64,000 bases of DNA, taken from positions 2,852,001 through 2,916,000 of the forward strand of contig MU058221.1 of the NCBI GenBank assembly GCA_013265495.1. Direction: 5' to 3'. The number at the start of each line of letters is the position of its first letter. Positions within the stretch are counted from its first letter, which is position 1. Origin of the DNA: Vicugna vicugna. Its lineage: Eukaryota. The position numbers and the translations under genes were made by a program. Below, in pieces: positions 39,060 through 50,740 of the stretch. The notes below the pieces were generated by a model. That model was not told where the DNA came from. It ran no database searches and worked only from the letters and a program-made list of their open reading frames with translations.

Positions 39060-40020
39060 GCTTTGCCAGTTCACTAGGTGGGCGGTGCTGACAGCTGGAC
39101 TTCAGTCAGTGTGACTTCGTATCTGTGGAATGCTTGGGTGGAGATAATCAACAAGTAGTTTTATATTTAACTCTGAAGTTCAGGAGAGAGATGTGAACTG
39201 AACTCCTAGACTTGAAAGTTCTTAGTATTTAGGAACTCTTTCCCATTACCTCTGCGACAAATCACCACAAACTTCATGGCTCCAAGCACCACGACCTCAC
39301 TGTATTTCTGTTCTGGAGGCCACAAGTTTGGAGTCAGTTTCACTGAGCTAAAATACACGTGTTGGCAGGGCTGCATCCCTCTGGAGGCTCTAGAAGAGGA
39401 GGCATTGCTTTCCCTTTTCCAGCTTCTAGAAGCTGCCTACACTCCTTAACTGGTGGCCCCTCGTGTCATCATCAAAGCCTGCAGCAAGGCATTTATTCTC
39501 CTTTCTGATTTCTGATTCTGTCCTTATGTCTTCTCTCTCTCGGACCCTCCTGTCTCCCACGAGGCCCTTGTGATTACACTCGGCCCACTCAGATAATCCG
39601 GGATGAGCTCCCTGTTTCAGGATCTTTCATTTACTGTATCTGTAAAGCCCCTTTTGCTGTGTAAGGTAACATATTAGCGGGTTCTGGAGATTAAGCCATT
39701 GTTCAGCCTACCACAGTGGGGACCTGGCACTGTGAGACTAGGATAGCACACAAGGAGCATGTGCAGACCAGTGAGACAGGAGTGAGAAGATAATGATGTG
39801 GGAATCACTGGCCTGTACTGAGCAATAGAAGAAAAAAGTCTAACAGAGGATCACAAGCGAGAACAGAAAGGTTGGAAGGAGCTATGAGATTAGGGTCCGG
39901 CTAAACACAAGGCCAAAGGAGGGGAGAGTTTCGAAGAGGAGAAGGTCGTCCAGACTGCTGATTCTTCAAAGATGTTAAACAGGAAGAATGCTGCTGTTTG
40001 ACACCTTTGTCCACTGAAAG
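39060..40020 (-). mobile_element. L2 fragments flanking MLT1 insertion
   Basis: ctctgaagttcaggagagagat; aaggccaaaggaggggagagtttcgaagaggag. Confidence 0.6.
39235..39715 (-). mobile_element. MaLR solo LTR, MLT1D/C-like
   Basis: acaaatcaccacaaactt..ttctggaggcc..ggcagggctg..ctggaggctctag..ccttgtgattacactcggcccac..tgtaaggtaacata..ttcagcctaccaca. Confidence 0.9.
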
Positions 40021-40269
40021 GTTCCTGAGAGTTCGTGAAGGATTTTTATGTCTGAACTTCTGTTACAGAAGCCAAAGTCACAGCACATTTTCAAAGCATT
40101 TCCTTGAAAAAAAAAATTAAAAATTTAGAACGCTCTGACATTTATAGACTTCTAACTTCGCAACTTGAAACATCTGAACTATTCGGCACCACTCATTCCC
40201 TCAAACAGGGAATGGCAAGACCTCGGTATCAGAGGCTCTCTCGCTTAAACTGCCGCTCCGTCGCAGGGT

Positions 40270-40450
40270 CAGTGGCTGCGTGTCCTGTGCAGCACGCTGA
40301 ACCTTTCCAAACACTTACTCAGTTTTCTGCCCTGAAAGCTGGGATAATAACTTTGATTTGCAGAGTAACTATTAGTAATCAGATGAGAACAACACAAAAT
40401 ACCTGGCACACAGTAACTCTTCAATAAATCATACTTAATATTATTACTAC
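40270..40450 (+). mobile_element. MIR SINE
   Basis: ctcagttttctgccctgaaagctgggataataac..acctggcacacagtaactcttcaataaat. Confidence 0.75.
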
Positions 40451-40464
40451 CACTTTGGAAGATA

Positions 40465-40600
40465 TATTATATATGTGTGTGTATATATATATATCACACC
40501 CACACTTTGCCTCCCTCTCCCTCCAAATATACATATACACACACACATATCTATCTATCTATCTATCATCTATCTGTCTATATCTATACAGAGAAAGAGA
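40465..40600 (+). repeat. Low-complexity TA/CA/TATC repeats
   Basis: Mixed short tandem repeats including (tatc)n. Confidence 0.8.
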
Positions 40601-42399
40601 ACCACAAATAAGAACTATTATAATTTCAAGTTGTTCCCAATTTCAGATCAGAAGTAGGGCCAGCAAAACATGTGCATGCCCTAAGAAGCTTTCATTCAGG
40701 TCAGGACTTCACCTCCCGATTAACACACTTTCCCTCTGGAGATAGAATGTCAAGCAAAATGGTGTTATTCTTGCTTTCTCTCCTCAGCAGTGGCCTCGGC
40801 CACCGTCAGGCTCCCGGCAGATAAGGAATCAGGGTTGCTCTGCTCGACACTGAAGTCCTGATCGGCGCGTGTCCACCAGCCGCTGAAATAGATCCCTCCC
40901 GGATCCGTCTTCGCAGCTTCGTTCCTCGCGGCTTCCCACGATGAGGGATACTCTGGCCACAGAGGGAGAACCCCTGTGTGTGGCAGGGTTTTTCACGCTT
41001 CTAGACTTTTCTCCTCCCTACCAGGAACACTTGTTCCATCTACCGACTTTTGAGAGTCCACATGACCTTCACAGACCAGCTCACATGCTCCTCCTCCTCA
41101 CTGAAGGCTTTTCACAGCCTCCGTACGGAACTTACTGTTCCTTCCTAAGCAAGCACTTTGCACAGCACTCGGCTGCACCTCTGTGTAACGCCAGCTTGTT
41201 TTGGCTTTGGATTTAAGCTCGTGGTTTCTATGTATTGTGTCTCCGCTGATGCATCCGATTTCTGTCCGGTCAGAAACCAGCTCTCGCAGCAGAACATCTG
41301 TCCCCAAGCCTGGCAGAGTGAGAACTATACGGCAGAAGCTCAGCAGTGGCCCTTTTCCTGGTATTTATTGTTCGATGAATACTTGTTAAAATAGTAACTT
41401 TTCCTACTAATGAAAAGTGTTGCTCTGAGGGCAACAAGAGGCGAGAACTGCTCTTGTTTGGCTTTCGAACAAGGCAGCTGAGTAAGCCAGAGGGTTAATT
41501 CATCAGGGGGATAATCAGAATGGCTGTATACGCAGATGCATTTTGCAAAAGGCAGAAATAGATCTGTCATTTCACTCTGTTTTCGCCAGGACTCCGGCGG
41601 CATCGAAGAAAGCAGGTGAAACTAATTTAATGTTCTATTTAAATCTTTCAGGGATTTTTATTTGCCCAAAGCAAAATATCTCATTCAATAAAGGCATGTC
41701 AGGCCCTCAATGCATGGTAGCCAGGTGAAAAATTTGCCTGAATAGACAATGAGGCTTCCAGTCCCGGAGTTTGCCGTAGATCAGCGCTGGTTCACTGGGG
41801 AGGGAGAAAGGACTGGGTTTGGAATCAGTAATAACACTCAGTTCTTCCCTGGCCCTGACACCTCTGGAGCGCAAAACTCCTTGCAAATGAGTTTCTCAAA
41901 AAAAAAATCTCATTACAGATTTTTTTGTTTGCATCTGAATGAGATGAAACCAAGGTCTGGGCCAACTCAGAGTCTCACAGAGTCCGACTCCAACATATGC
42001 ATAACACGCATTTTTGATTAGAGACCTGACAGATTTGCAAGTGAAATGTTCTTTGGCCTGACTCAGGAAGTGGCTTTCACGAGGTACCACGCTCGTATGG
42101 GAGACAGAGCCCGTTCAGTTCAGCAGAACGCTTCGGTTTGTCTGATGCAGTTGATCCAAAAGGCATCTGCTCATAGAAATTAGAAAAACGCACTGGTGAT
42201 TACTCTGTTCCTACGTACACTGTGGTGAACAAAGGGGGGGTCTCACGACCTAATAACGACATGCACTTGGGGACGTGTGGTCCAAGGCCAATGCTTGGGG
42301 TGAAGTATTGCATTTCTGATATAAGGCCAAAGGCAAAAAGAGAAGAGCTCAGGAGTTGAAAGGACTAGACCACTTGTAAATATGGTACAATGCAGAATA

Positions 42400-42927
42400 A
42401 TTTATTATTGAAGTACAGTCAGTTACAATGTGTCAGTTTCTGGTGTGCAACATAATGTCCTAGCCATAGCATATATATATATACAGACATATATATATAT
42501 ACATATATTCATTTTCATATTCTTTTCCATTAAAGGTTATTACAAGATATTGAATATAGTTCCCTGTGCTATAAGAAGAAATTTATTTTATCTATTTTTA
42601 TACATAGTAGCTATCATTATTTAAAAAAAATTTTACCACCTTTATTGTGGTATGGCTCCTGTACAGTAACTTACACATATTTCAGATGTACAATTGGATG
42701 AACATTGGTAGATGTAGACACCTATGAAACCACTACCCCAATCAAGACAGCTAACATTTCCATCCCTCCCCAAGAGGTGCACTTTTCGAATTCCCAGTTT
42801 ATCCCTTCCCACCTCCTCTATCCCCTGGTAACCACAGGTTATTTATCTATGTCTGTGAGTCTGTTTCTGTTTTGTAGATAATGTCTGTTGATAGATGACT
42901 GGATAAAGTAAAGAAGATGTGGTATAT

Positions 42928-42960
<33 letters not shown>

Positions 42961-43170
42961 GGAATATTACTCAGCCATGAAAACACAATACCATTTGCAG
43001 CAACATGGATGAACCTGGAGACTGTCATTCTAAGTGAAGTAAGCCAGAAAAAGACAGAAAAATGCCATGTGATATTGCTTATATGTGGAGTCTATAGTGG
43101 TTATCATTTGCAAATCTCAAACTCCCAAATTTATCCCTTCCCACCCCCTTTCCCCCAGTAACTATAAGAT
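42400..43170 (-). mobile_element. Camelid-type L1 3' fragment (host), split by nested insertion
   Basis: 42400-42618 continues at 43094-43170 (atagtggttatcatttgcaaatctcaaactccc). Confidence 0.88.
42619..43093 (-). mobile_element. Nested L1 with chimeric terminus (copy 2) and 5' inversion
   Basis: Minus-strand 3' part 42619-42881 and inverted ORF2-end part 42882-43093. TSD atagtagctatcatt (42604-42618) / atagtggttatcatt (43094-43108). Confidence 0.88.
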
Positions 43171-43179
43171 TCTGAAAAG

Positions 43180-43720
43180 GTTTCAGATCTCCCACCATTG
43201 GCCACCCTGGTGGTGGTGGGCAAGACACACTTGGAACATGGAAGTGAAGTTACATAAGAAGGTTTAGACTAAAGATGTAGACGTTTGTGTCGCCAATACA
43301 GGTATCAGAGTAGAAGCAACGCGTGGATGAGTTCTATCAGGAAAATAATATAGAAAGAGGAGGAAGAGCCACCAGGACTACCTACATATCTTTTGGTGGA
43401 AAGGAAAACTAAGAAAGAGCAATCAGAGAGCAAGCAAGCCTCGGGAGGGAGTTTAAGAGAGTGGGTGACCTTAAGCGTTAGTTACAATAGAAAAATCAAG
43501 GAAGATCAAGACTCAGGAAGGCCTTATTGGACTGGAATTACTGGAAACTAAGTTTCTGTATCAGGGGATGTTACTCTGGTGGGGATAGGAACAGACTAGC
43601 ATGAAGTCAGGAGGGAGTGAGAAGGAGGTGGTGCGGGTAGCTTAGCAGATGGAAATTTCGAGAATTTTATTATTCGGAGAAAAGAAACAGATGGGATGGT
43701 AGCTTGAGGGTTGAGCTGGG
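43180..43720 (-). mobile_element. L2 fragment
   Basis: Purine-rich: gactaaagatgtagacgtttgtgtcgcc..aaaatcaaggaagatcaagactcagg..ggatggtagcttgaggg. Confidence 0.6.
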
Positions 43721-43809
43721 ATTCAAAAACCCACTTGTTTGGTAAAATTTCTCGGTACCACGTTCATCGTCAAAGGCCCTCTTAAAGGCTGTGTCTTACC
43801 CGTGGTTGA

Positions 43810-43995
43810 GTCCTAGAGAGAAAATCTGAATTCTGGGCAACTACGTAAATCTCAGTGGCCTCCGTGTTTGTCATCGGAAAATAGGGGTGCCAGTCATTGC
43901 TTTTTCAGGGCATGTTGTGAAAGTTCCAGGAAATACAAAATCATTATTTTAAACCACAAAACTTACATAAATTGTGGTATTACTATCATTATGAC
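43810..43995 (+). mobile_element. MIR fragment
   Basis: ctgggcaactacgtaaatctcagtggcctccgtgtttgtcatcggaaaatagggg..cagggcatgttgtgaaag. Confidence 0.65.
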
Positions 43996-44904
43996 CCACA
44001 ACATGATGTTTTAAAGAGTCCGACCCAAAAAGCTTCAAAATATTCATTTTGTAGCAAGTAATTCTGCAAGTAACAATTTGAGATTAAATTAAGGACATAG
44101 AAACAGGTATTTCAACAAATCCTCTTTCTCGACCCTCTTTAAGGCGTGATGAGATGAGTGTAGTTTTGTTTATGTTACAGATGGGAAAAACATCTTTGTG
44201 ATGTGAACCAGTATTCTCAAGTTCACTGGGCCAGTTAGAAGTCAACATTCAGAATTCAAACCTGTGGCATAAAATTAAAATCCAGCAACAGCTCAGTCAA
44301 ATCCTAACACTTGTCTGTTTCCCCAAATTTTCTTCTGTGTTTAAACAGGACACTTGGTAAAGCAACTGTTTGATGTGAGTGGACATGTCGGCTAAAATAA
44401 CTACTTGTGTAATTATGAGCTGAATTCAGAATCGAGGAAGAAATCTTCAACGAATTGAAAGATCCCCAGGGCTCTTCTGGGTCTGATTCTTTTTAGATCG
44501 CCTGTGTATCGCTTGCGGAAGCGAGCATCAGAAATCCTACATGAACTGTGTTAATACCAATCTTACTGTAAACGGACTTCACCACCTAAATCCTAACTGT
44601 TCCTCATTAAAATGCTCCAGGCTTCCTCCTCGGCGCTCCAAGGTGGGTGTGCTGAAGGCTGGCGGATCTTATCAACTAGCTGGGTCCTATTCCCCCGCCC
44701 AGTACCCTCAGGTACGTAAAGACGTGTCATTAGTAAGCGGGTACTCGTGTACTTCAGAGTACCAACGTGAAGGCAATTGAGCATTATCTTCACTATTATC
44801 TAATAACTGAAACTCTATTTTTTGCTGGGAGGCAGGAAGAAGAAAAGTGACAAGGAAAACGATTTATTCCAACATAAGGCCTGCTGATTCCTTCGGGTGG
44901 GAGC

Positions 44905-45080
44905 GGTGGTGCAGCGCCGTGGTTCGGACCCGGGTTTCAGCCTGGGCCCTGCCTCCTACCAGCAGTGGGATTTTGGCGTCAGTGCTCTGTGCCTTGGTTT
45001 CGGAATTATTCAACGTAGAAGAGTTATATTAAGCCCGAGCACACAGAAAGCCCTGTGTGTATTATCTATCATTATTGCGA
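44905..45080 (+). mobile_element. MIR fragment
   Basis: ggtgcagcgccgtggttcggacccgggtttcag..ctctgtgccttggtttc. Confidence 0.6.
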
Positions 45081-45374
45081 ATACTAATATTTTACTTTCA
45101 GAGTTATTCTCAAGGTCTCTCCATTGAATTTTGTCTCTTTACAAATAGCCGAAGCATATACTGTCATCCAGATAAAGTAAATGTTTAGCTCCATTTAGTA
45201 CCAAAATAAGGCTCTTTTGAGACAAGTATAAACTCCAGAAAAGAGAACTAGACCTTCTTCCAAGTAGAAGAGTTTCTCCGGTTGTGAGCCACTGACTCAT
45301 CTCTTCGTATTTATTTGACATTTATTGAGTGCCTGTTACACGCCTGTTACCCTGTGTGTGTGAGACGACAGCCG

Positions 45375-45842
45375 TCACTTCCTCCTTCACTGTTCGTGCA
45401 GGTCGCCCCTCACATCAAAGCAGGAGTCTGTTTCACCTCCCGCTGAAGCTGGCTGACCCTGCTTTCACAAATGAAATGTAGCAGAAGGGATGTCGTGCCG
45501 GTTCCTCTTAGCTTTTAAAATAACTCCCAGCTTCTGCTTCCTCTCTTTCGGAAACCAGGGTCCACGGAAGAGGTTCAGCTAAGCCGAGACTCAGTGTACC
45601 CTGAGAAAGTGCCAGGCAGGCATGTAGAGAGAGGGGCCCATCCAGCCCCGCCTGGCTCCAGCCATCCCAGGCACGTGAAGGAAGGTGCGAGCCTCCACCC
45701 CCAACCCTCTGGGGCACCACGTGGCGTGGATCTGCCCAGCCCACGCTGCAGACTTGCGAGAAGTAATTAATTATTGCCTTTAAACCGCTGAAATGTCGGG
45801 GCAGGGGGAGGTGTTGTAAAGCAGCAGTGAGGAACCAGGACG
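45375..45842 (+). mobile_element. MaLR solo LTR, MLT1H-like
   Basis: cacatcaaagcaggagtctgtttcacctccc..aaatgtagcagaagggatg..cagcttctgcttcctctct..ttttaaaccgctgaaat..aaagcagcagtgaggaacc. Confidence 0.75.
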
Positions 45843-46789
45843 ATGCTTTTAGCTCAGCAGCGGTAGCTCAAGGGTGGCATCCCCAGCTCTGAAGACGGAG
45901 TTGCAGCCAAGAGGTGAGAGGAGATGAAGTCAGCAGAAACCAGACGGGGAGTACGTTCGCTTTCACGTCTGGTTCTCATGAAGGCAGGTCCAGACACTCA
46001 AATTTATCAATACATCCAGAGATTAATTGTTCATATAAATCAGGATGCCAATTTATTAATATATTATGCCATGTAAACTGGAATATATTCCAGTCAGCAA
46101 ATTTACCCTCTGTTCAGCAAGCTAAACTAAAAGGGCCAATTTATCATCGGGACATTGCACGGTGGGCATGCACACCCAGCAGGAGCGTTAGCCCGTTGCT
46201 CTTCACGGCCGAGATCGCAGAACTGGGATATCCCAGCAGGACGGTGCCGGGCGCGCACGGACACATCTGAGCCACCTGTTCTCCTTCTTGAGGGCTTCGT
46301 GCTGCCCACTGCTTCTGGTTAGCGGTCTTCTTCCGGACAGTGTGCCCATCAACTGACAATGATGGGGTTAGCGCTCCACCCCCACCCCACCCGGATCACT
46401 AGGATTGTGTTAGAATGATTGACCCAGATGCATTCTCTTGAAACAAAACCAGCAACACTTCCACAGCACTGGGTACTCTTAAAATTCCTGAGCCTCTGAT
46501 TCCCGGCTGGTTCTTAGGGTGACACGTCCACGTTTTTGTGAGCTTGGCTATCACTGTGTTATCTCAGCTGCGTGTTCTACAGCAGGTGCTTCTACGCATA
46601 TTCCCAGTCGCCCCTACTACTGTTTGTGATAAGATTGCCTGAAAGGTGTCCTTCTTGCCTGGACACCGAACTACCCTGCTGATGCACTTTTTTTTTTTTT
46701 CTGAGGATGACTTCACTTTTTCTCATATTCATAACCCAAGGTTCTATTTTAAGGACTTGTCACTTGTCCTTCTCGGCATGCATCTCCTG

Positions 46790-47790
46790 ACACTGAGCTC
46801 ATCACAATAATATCCGTGTAAACATCTTCTATGTCGAAGACTTTCAGGTCTGTCTGTTCATCCCTCACCACTTTGCCAGTTCCAGCCCAGCCAGACAACT
46901 TCCTCGGAGATTTTACCTGCATCTTATAATCAACACACCAAATGTAGAATTCCCCTGTATTCTCCTCAGCATCTCCACAAAGCTTTTCCTTTCCTTATTT
47001 TCCATTTAATAGGACAGCCTTTTTAAAAAACTGAGCATTCTAGGTTTAAAAACAGTTTTTTTAGTTCTTTTTTTTTTCTCTACCTATTACCCAAGTCTTC
47101 TAGACTTGGTCTCGGAATTGCTGCTCAAATCTCTCTCTTCCATATTCAGCATCAGCATCCCAGCTGGAGTTACATTACTTCTCTCCTAGGACTGTGGCCA
47201 CATATCCTTAAATTTTCTCTCTCTTGCCTTTTCAAACTCTAATTGATTCTGCGCAGACTGCCAGACAGCTCTTCTCAGCTACTCTTACTGATTAAAATCC
47301 AGCAAGGCTCTTCTTGGTTTACCAAATGAAACTCACATTCTTCAGTTTGACTTTCCAGGCCTTCTACAAACATTTAATCGCCTTCCTCTCATATGTAATA
47401 CCCCGTATTCTGAGGAAATTGGAATCTGGTGGTGTTTACTAAACACATCACATTTTTTTTTTTCAGTTCCTCTCTCCTTACAAAGTTCCCTGTCTCATCT
47501 TCCCACCTGAAAAAGTAACAGTGTCTACCTTTGAGGCACATTGCAAATGCAGGCTCTTCTGTACATTTTTTCCCATAATTCTTTCCACTCTCTCTTTTTT
47601 GACTATTTGTAGCAATTTGTGTAGATCTCTTACAGCATTGTTTCCAGCTGCAGTCATCTATGCACCAGGTTTACCCAATCTTTCCCACCAGGCTCTAGTC
47701 TCTTTGAAGGAAGTAGCTGCAGCTTCTTCAATGCTATAGCCTTAATGAATTGCACACTGCCTGGCACACTGTAGAAGCTTCATAATATTT
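46790..47790 (+). mobile_element. L2 3' region
   Basis: Pyrimidine-rich (cattacttctctcctaggactg; tttccaggccttcta), ending gcacactgcctggcacactgtagaagcttcataatatttt. Confidence 0.7.
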
Positions 47791-47794
47791 TTAA

Positions 47795-47876
47795 ACTCGG
47801 AACAGATCAGAGTTAAGTGGCCCACATGGGGATCAAGTCTATGACCTCAGTCTCATTATCACTGAAGCCTGGCCAC
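47795..47876 (-). mobile_element. Degenerate tRNA-Ile-derived SINE fragment (MamSINE1-like)
   Basis: tggcccacatggggatcaagtctatgacctcagtctcatta resembles the reverse complement of the tRNA-Ile(AAT) 3' half. Not a functional tRNA. Confidence 0.55.
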
Positions 47877-48234
47877 GAGAAAAATATAAAAAAGTGGCAA
47901 ACATCCTTGTTATATTTAAGCTTTAATTAAAGTCCATTTAATTCTCAAGAAATGTTCCAGTTGAGTGACCCTGAAGAAGAATAGAGATTGTCCTCCATTC
48001 ATTAACCAAGCAGGGATAAACCAAGTTCCTCTAGGAATTTCCATCTGAAAACAGTCCATATTTGCCCAGACTAAGAACAGAGATAAGTGGCTAGAGACAG
48101 AGACGTGGGTAGTTATAAAGTTTTTTGACGTTAAGTGCATTTGGTTAACCAGGAATGTTACTTCCTACGTTAGCCCTGCTTTACGGACTGGAAAGGATTA
48201 AAAAAAAAAAATCAAAACATAAGATCACTATACT

Positions 48235-48445
48235 CAAAGATGTTTATTTCATATATATGAATTGATATATGATGTTTACTGCATATGTATATTTATATAT
48301 GAAAGATCAGATATTTATTTCATATATATGAATACGTATGAATATATATATATCTACATACATATATAACACATAAATGAATAAGTAAAGGGAAACACGA
48401 GTGTATACACACACGCGCGCGTGCTCGCACGCACACATATATATT
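48235..48445 (+). repeat. TA-rich low complexity with internal duplication
   Basis: gatgtttatttcatatatatgaat / gatatttatttcatatatatgaat, plus a CA/CG tract. Confidence 0.8.
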
Positions 48446-48567
48446 TGTGTGTTTTTGTTCTTCACCGACTATACTTGCTGTTTACTGTTCATGACCTGCT
48501 CATACGTCCTCTGTGCTGTAAAGTGGCTACTCTTTTATACCCGGATTGTTCCATCCATGACACTGCA

Positions 48568-48775
48568 GGTCAGCGATCAGCAGTGCTTTTCTCCGAAGGG
48601 CTAGATAGTAAATCTTTTAGTCCCGGATGAAAAATCTGTTCTAGGAGGCCACACACGGTCTCCGTCAAAACGACCCGGCTCTGTCACGGCGACGGGAAGG
48701 CAGCCACGGGTCGGTGTGTCTGCGACCACAGTTGCACAAAGCAGGCTGCGCTTGGCCCACGGGGCCTGCTCATCC
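48568..48775 (+). mobile_element. MER58-like hAT-Charlie MITE
   Basis: ttttctccgaagggctagatagtaaatcttttag..ggccacacacggtctccgtcaaaacgacccggctctg..aggcagcc..ttggcccacggg. Confidence 0.8.
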
Positions 48776-50001
48776 GGATTATCTGCGGACTCCGAGGCTT
48801 TCTCCAGCCAGGAATTCTTCCAGATTTGTCTTCATCTGACGTGAGCTCCTCGTCGACTTTTTTACTTCTTTGGCAAAGTTGTAAAACTTCTTTGACGTTA
48901 GCACCGAAAGAGGCAGGGGAGAGATATCGGAGACTAAAAACGCTGAGGGAAATTAGATGTTTGATCCAGGGCACGGTGGCAGGAGAACTGGAGCACCGAG
49001 GAAGGCGGCTGTGTCTGCCAAATGAAATCTTTTTCTAGTTCTTTCTTGGGGATCCAGAGAGCCTTGGGTCAAATCCAGGCACTTCCGAACACAGTGCAAC
49101 TTTCTTATTCATTACGGGTAAAAATAACCACTGACATAAAAAAGAAATGAGCAACAGAGTTGATTTAATGCCCCCTGAACCTCCAGTGTTTAGAAGTAAA
49201 CCCTCTGAGCAAGAAGTCAGATGCGGAAGAGGCTGTGACACGGAACGCCCTTTTCCTTTTTGTGAGTCTCGCTGCTCTGAGCTGGCCTAACCTTCCAGGG
49301 CACAGACACGGCGGGAAAGGCAACCCAGGACGCAGGCTGCCCGGACTGCTCTGAGCCACAGGGACCCTCGCGTGGATTTCCTAGGTCAAGGTGCCCGTCA
49401 CAGGGGACTTCCCTTCCCAGAGCCTCCCGGGGCCGAGCGGGATATGCAGCTGGGTGTCATAGCACTGACTGTTTTCCAGGGCCAAAGCCCACAGGACCAA
49501 AAGCTGGCAAAGCATCTGATACTCATTTAATCCTTAAACCTTAAGTTTTAATTGTCCTCATCATGACACGATCTTTTTTTTTTCCCACTTTTTGGAATAA
49601 ACTCCTCCTAAATTCCTATCTTTCTACGCAGAATTTCTCCCAGGTGAAACTAACTCAGTAGCATCAGGCCTCACAACTGGTTAATTTTTACTTGTGTGCA
49701 TGGAATTCATTTTATTCGAATGTCAATATTATAAGTTAAAGCTTTGAATGAATCCTTAAGTTCTAGTTGATCAGATTTCTTCTGGATTCATGGTTACCTT
49801 CATTCTTGTTGTTAAAAGAATGCACACCATTTCAAGGTCTGTGCATTTTCTTTTATCCAGTTTTGTTTTTCTCCGTATCCAGAAGGTCTTTTTTTCTCTT
49901 AAGGTCCCAGCAACCTGCACCCTTTTCCCCAAATTTAATAATTTAAGTGCATGATGTTGGCCCCCTCCCCCATACACGTCTAGTGATCAGTATTTACCAT
50001 T

Positions 50002-50407
50002 TGTGTTAGAAATTAACTGCTTACCACACCTACTTCCCTTTCTTTCCGGGCACAGAGGTAGATTTTATTTCCCAGTTACTCTCTGTTTGATATGACCGTA
50101 CGACAGAGGCCACCGAAATGTGCTGGAAATGATGGTTCTCCCTTTCAGACCTGTTCTAACAGACCTCTCTTACCATCCTCTTTCTTTTCTGCCCACTGGC
50201 TAGAAGTAAAAGGCTCAGATGCCCTACAAGATGGTAGGACCATGAGATGGAAAGAAAGTAGGCTTGTAAATCACCACGTGGAAGGCCGCACACTGAACAT
50301 GTTCATTGGGCTGTTAGTTGAGCAAGAAATCAAAATTTTGTATGGCAAACAACTAAATTTCTGGGAAATTATCTGTTACAGCGGCTGGCATTGCCTTAAC
50401 TCACACA
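50002..50407 (+). mobile_element. MaLR solo LTR, MLT1J-like
   Basis: ttatttcccag..agatggtaggaccatgagatggaaag..aatcaccacgtggaagg..tgagcaagaaat..tgttacagcggct. Confidence 0.8.
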
Positions 50408-50539
50408 CCACGCAGAACTATTACCCATTATTTCCAAGACACTGTCATTGTTTCTTCCTCTGTTACCACGTTCTCTTCAGAGTTGGAACAACTTGACCCC
50501 CAGTGAGAGGGGTTTCAAAACACAGAGCAGTAAAATACT

Positions 50540-50740
50540 GCAGTCACTTTCCTTCCTTGTCGTTTTGACAGCAAACCTGAAAGGCAGTTACTGTTTATCC
50601 TTATTCTCCAGAGGAAGACAAGGCTACCCAAGAAGTTAAGTGGATTTTCAGACTCGCACAGCTAATGACGGAAAGACCAGCTCTCAAATACAATTTGGTC
50701 TGGTCCCAAAGCTCAGGCTTCTCACATTATGTTATCTCTT
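50540..50740 (-). mobile_element. MIR SINE
   Basis: cagcaaacctgaaaggcag..ttatccttattctccagaggaagacaaggct..agaagttaagtgga. Confidence 0.7.

Noticed and set aside
48779..48933. Minus-strand open frame (SDISPLPLSVLTSKKFYNFAKEVKK..) after a weak acceptor
   Set aside because: Looks protein-like but I recognise no homologue, it has no partner exon, and it abuts a MER58 element. TBLASTN could revisit it.
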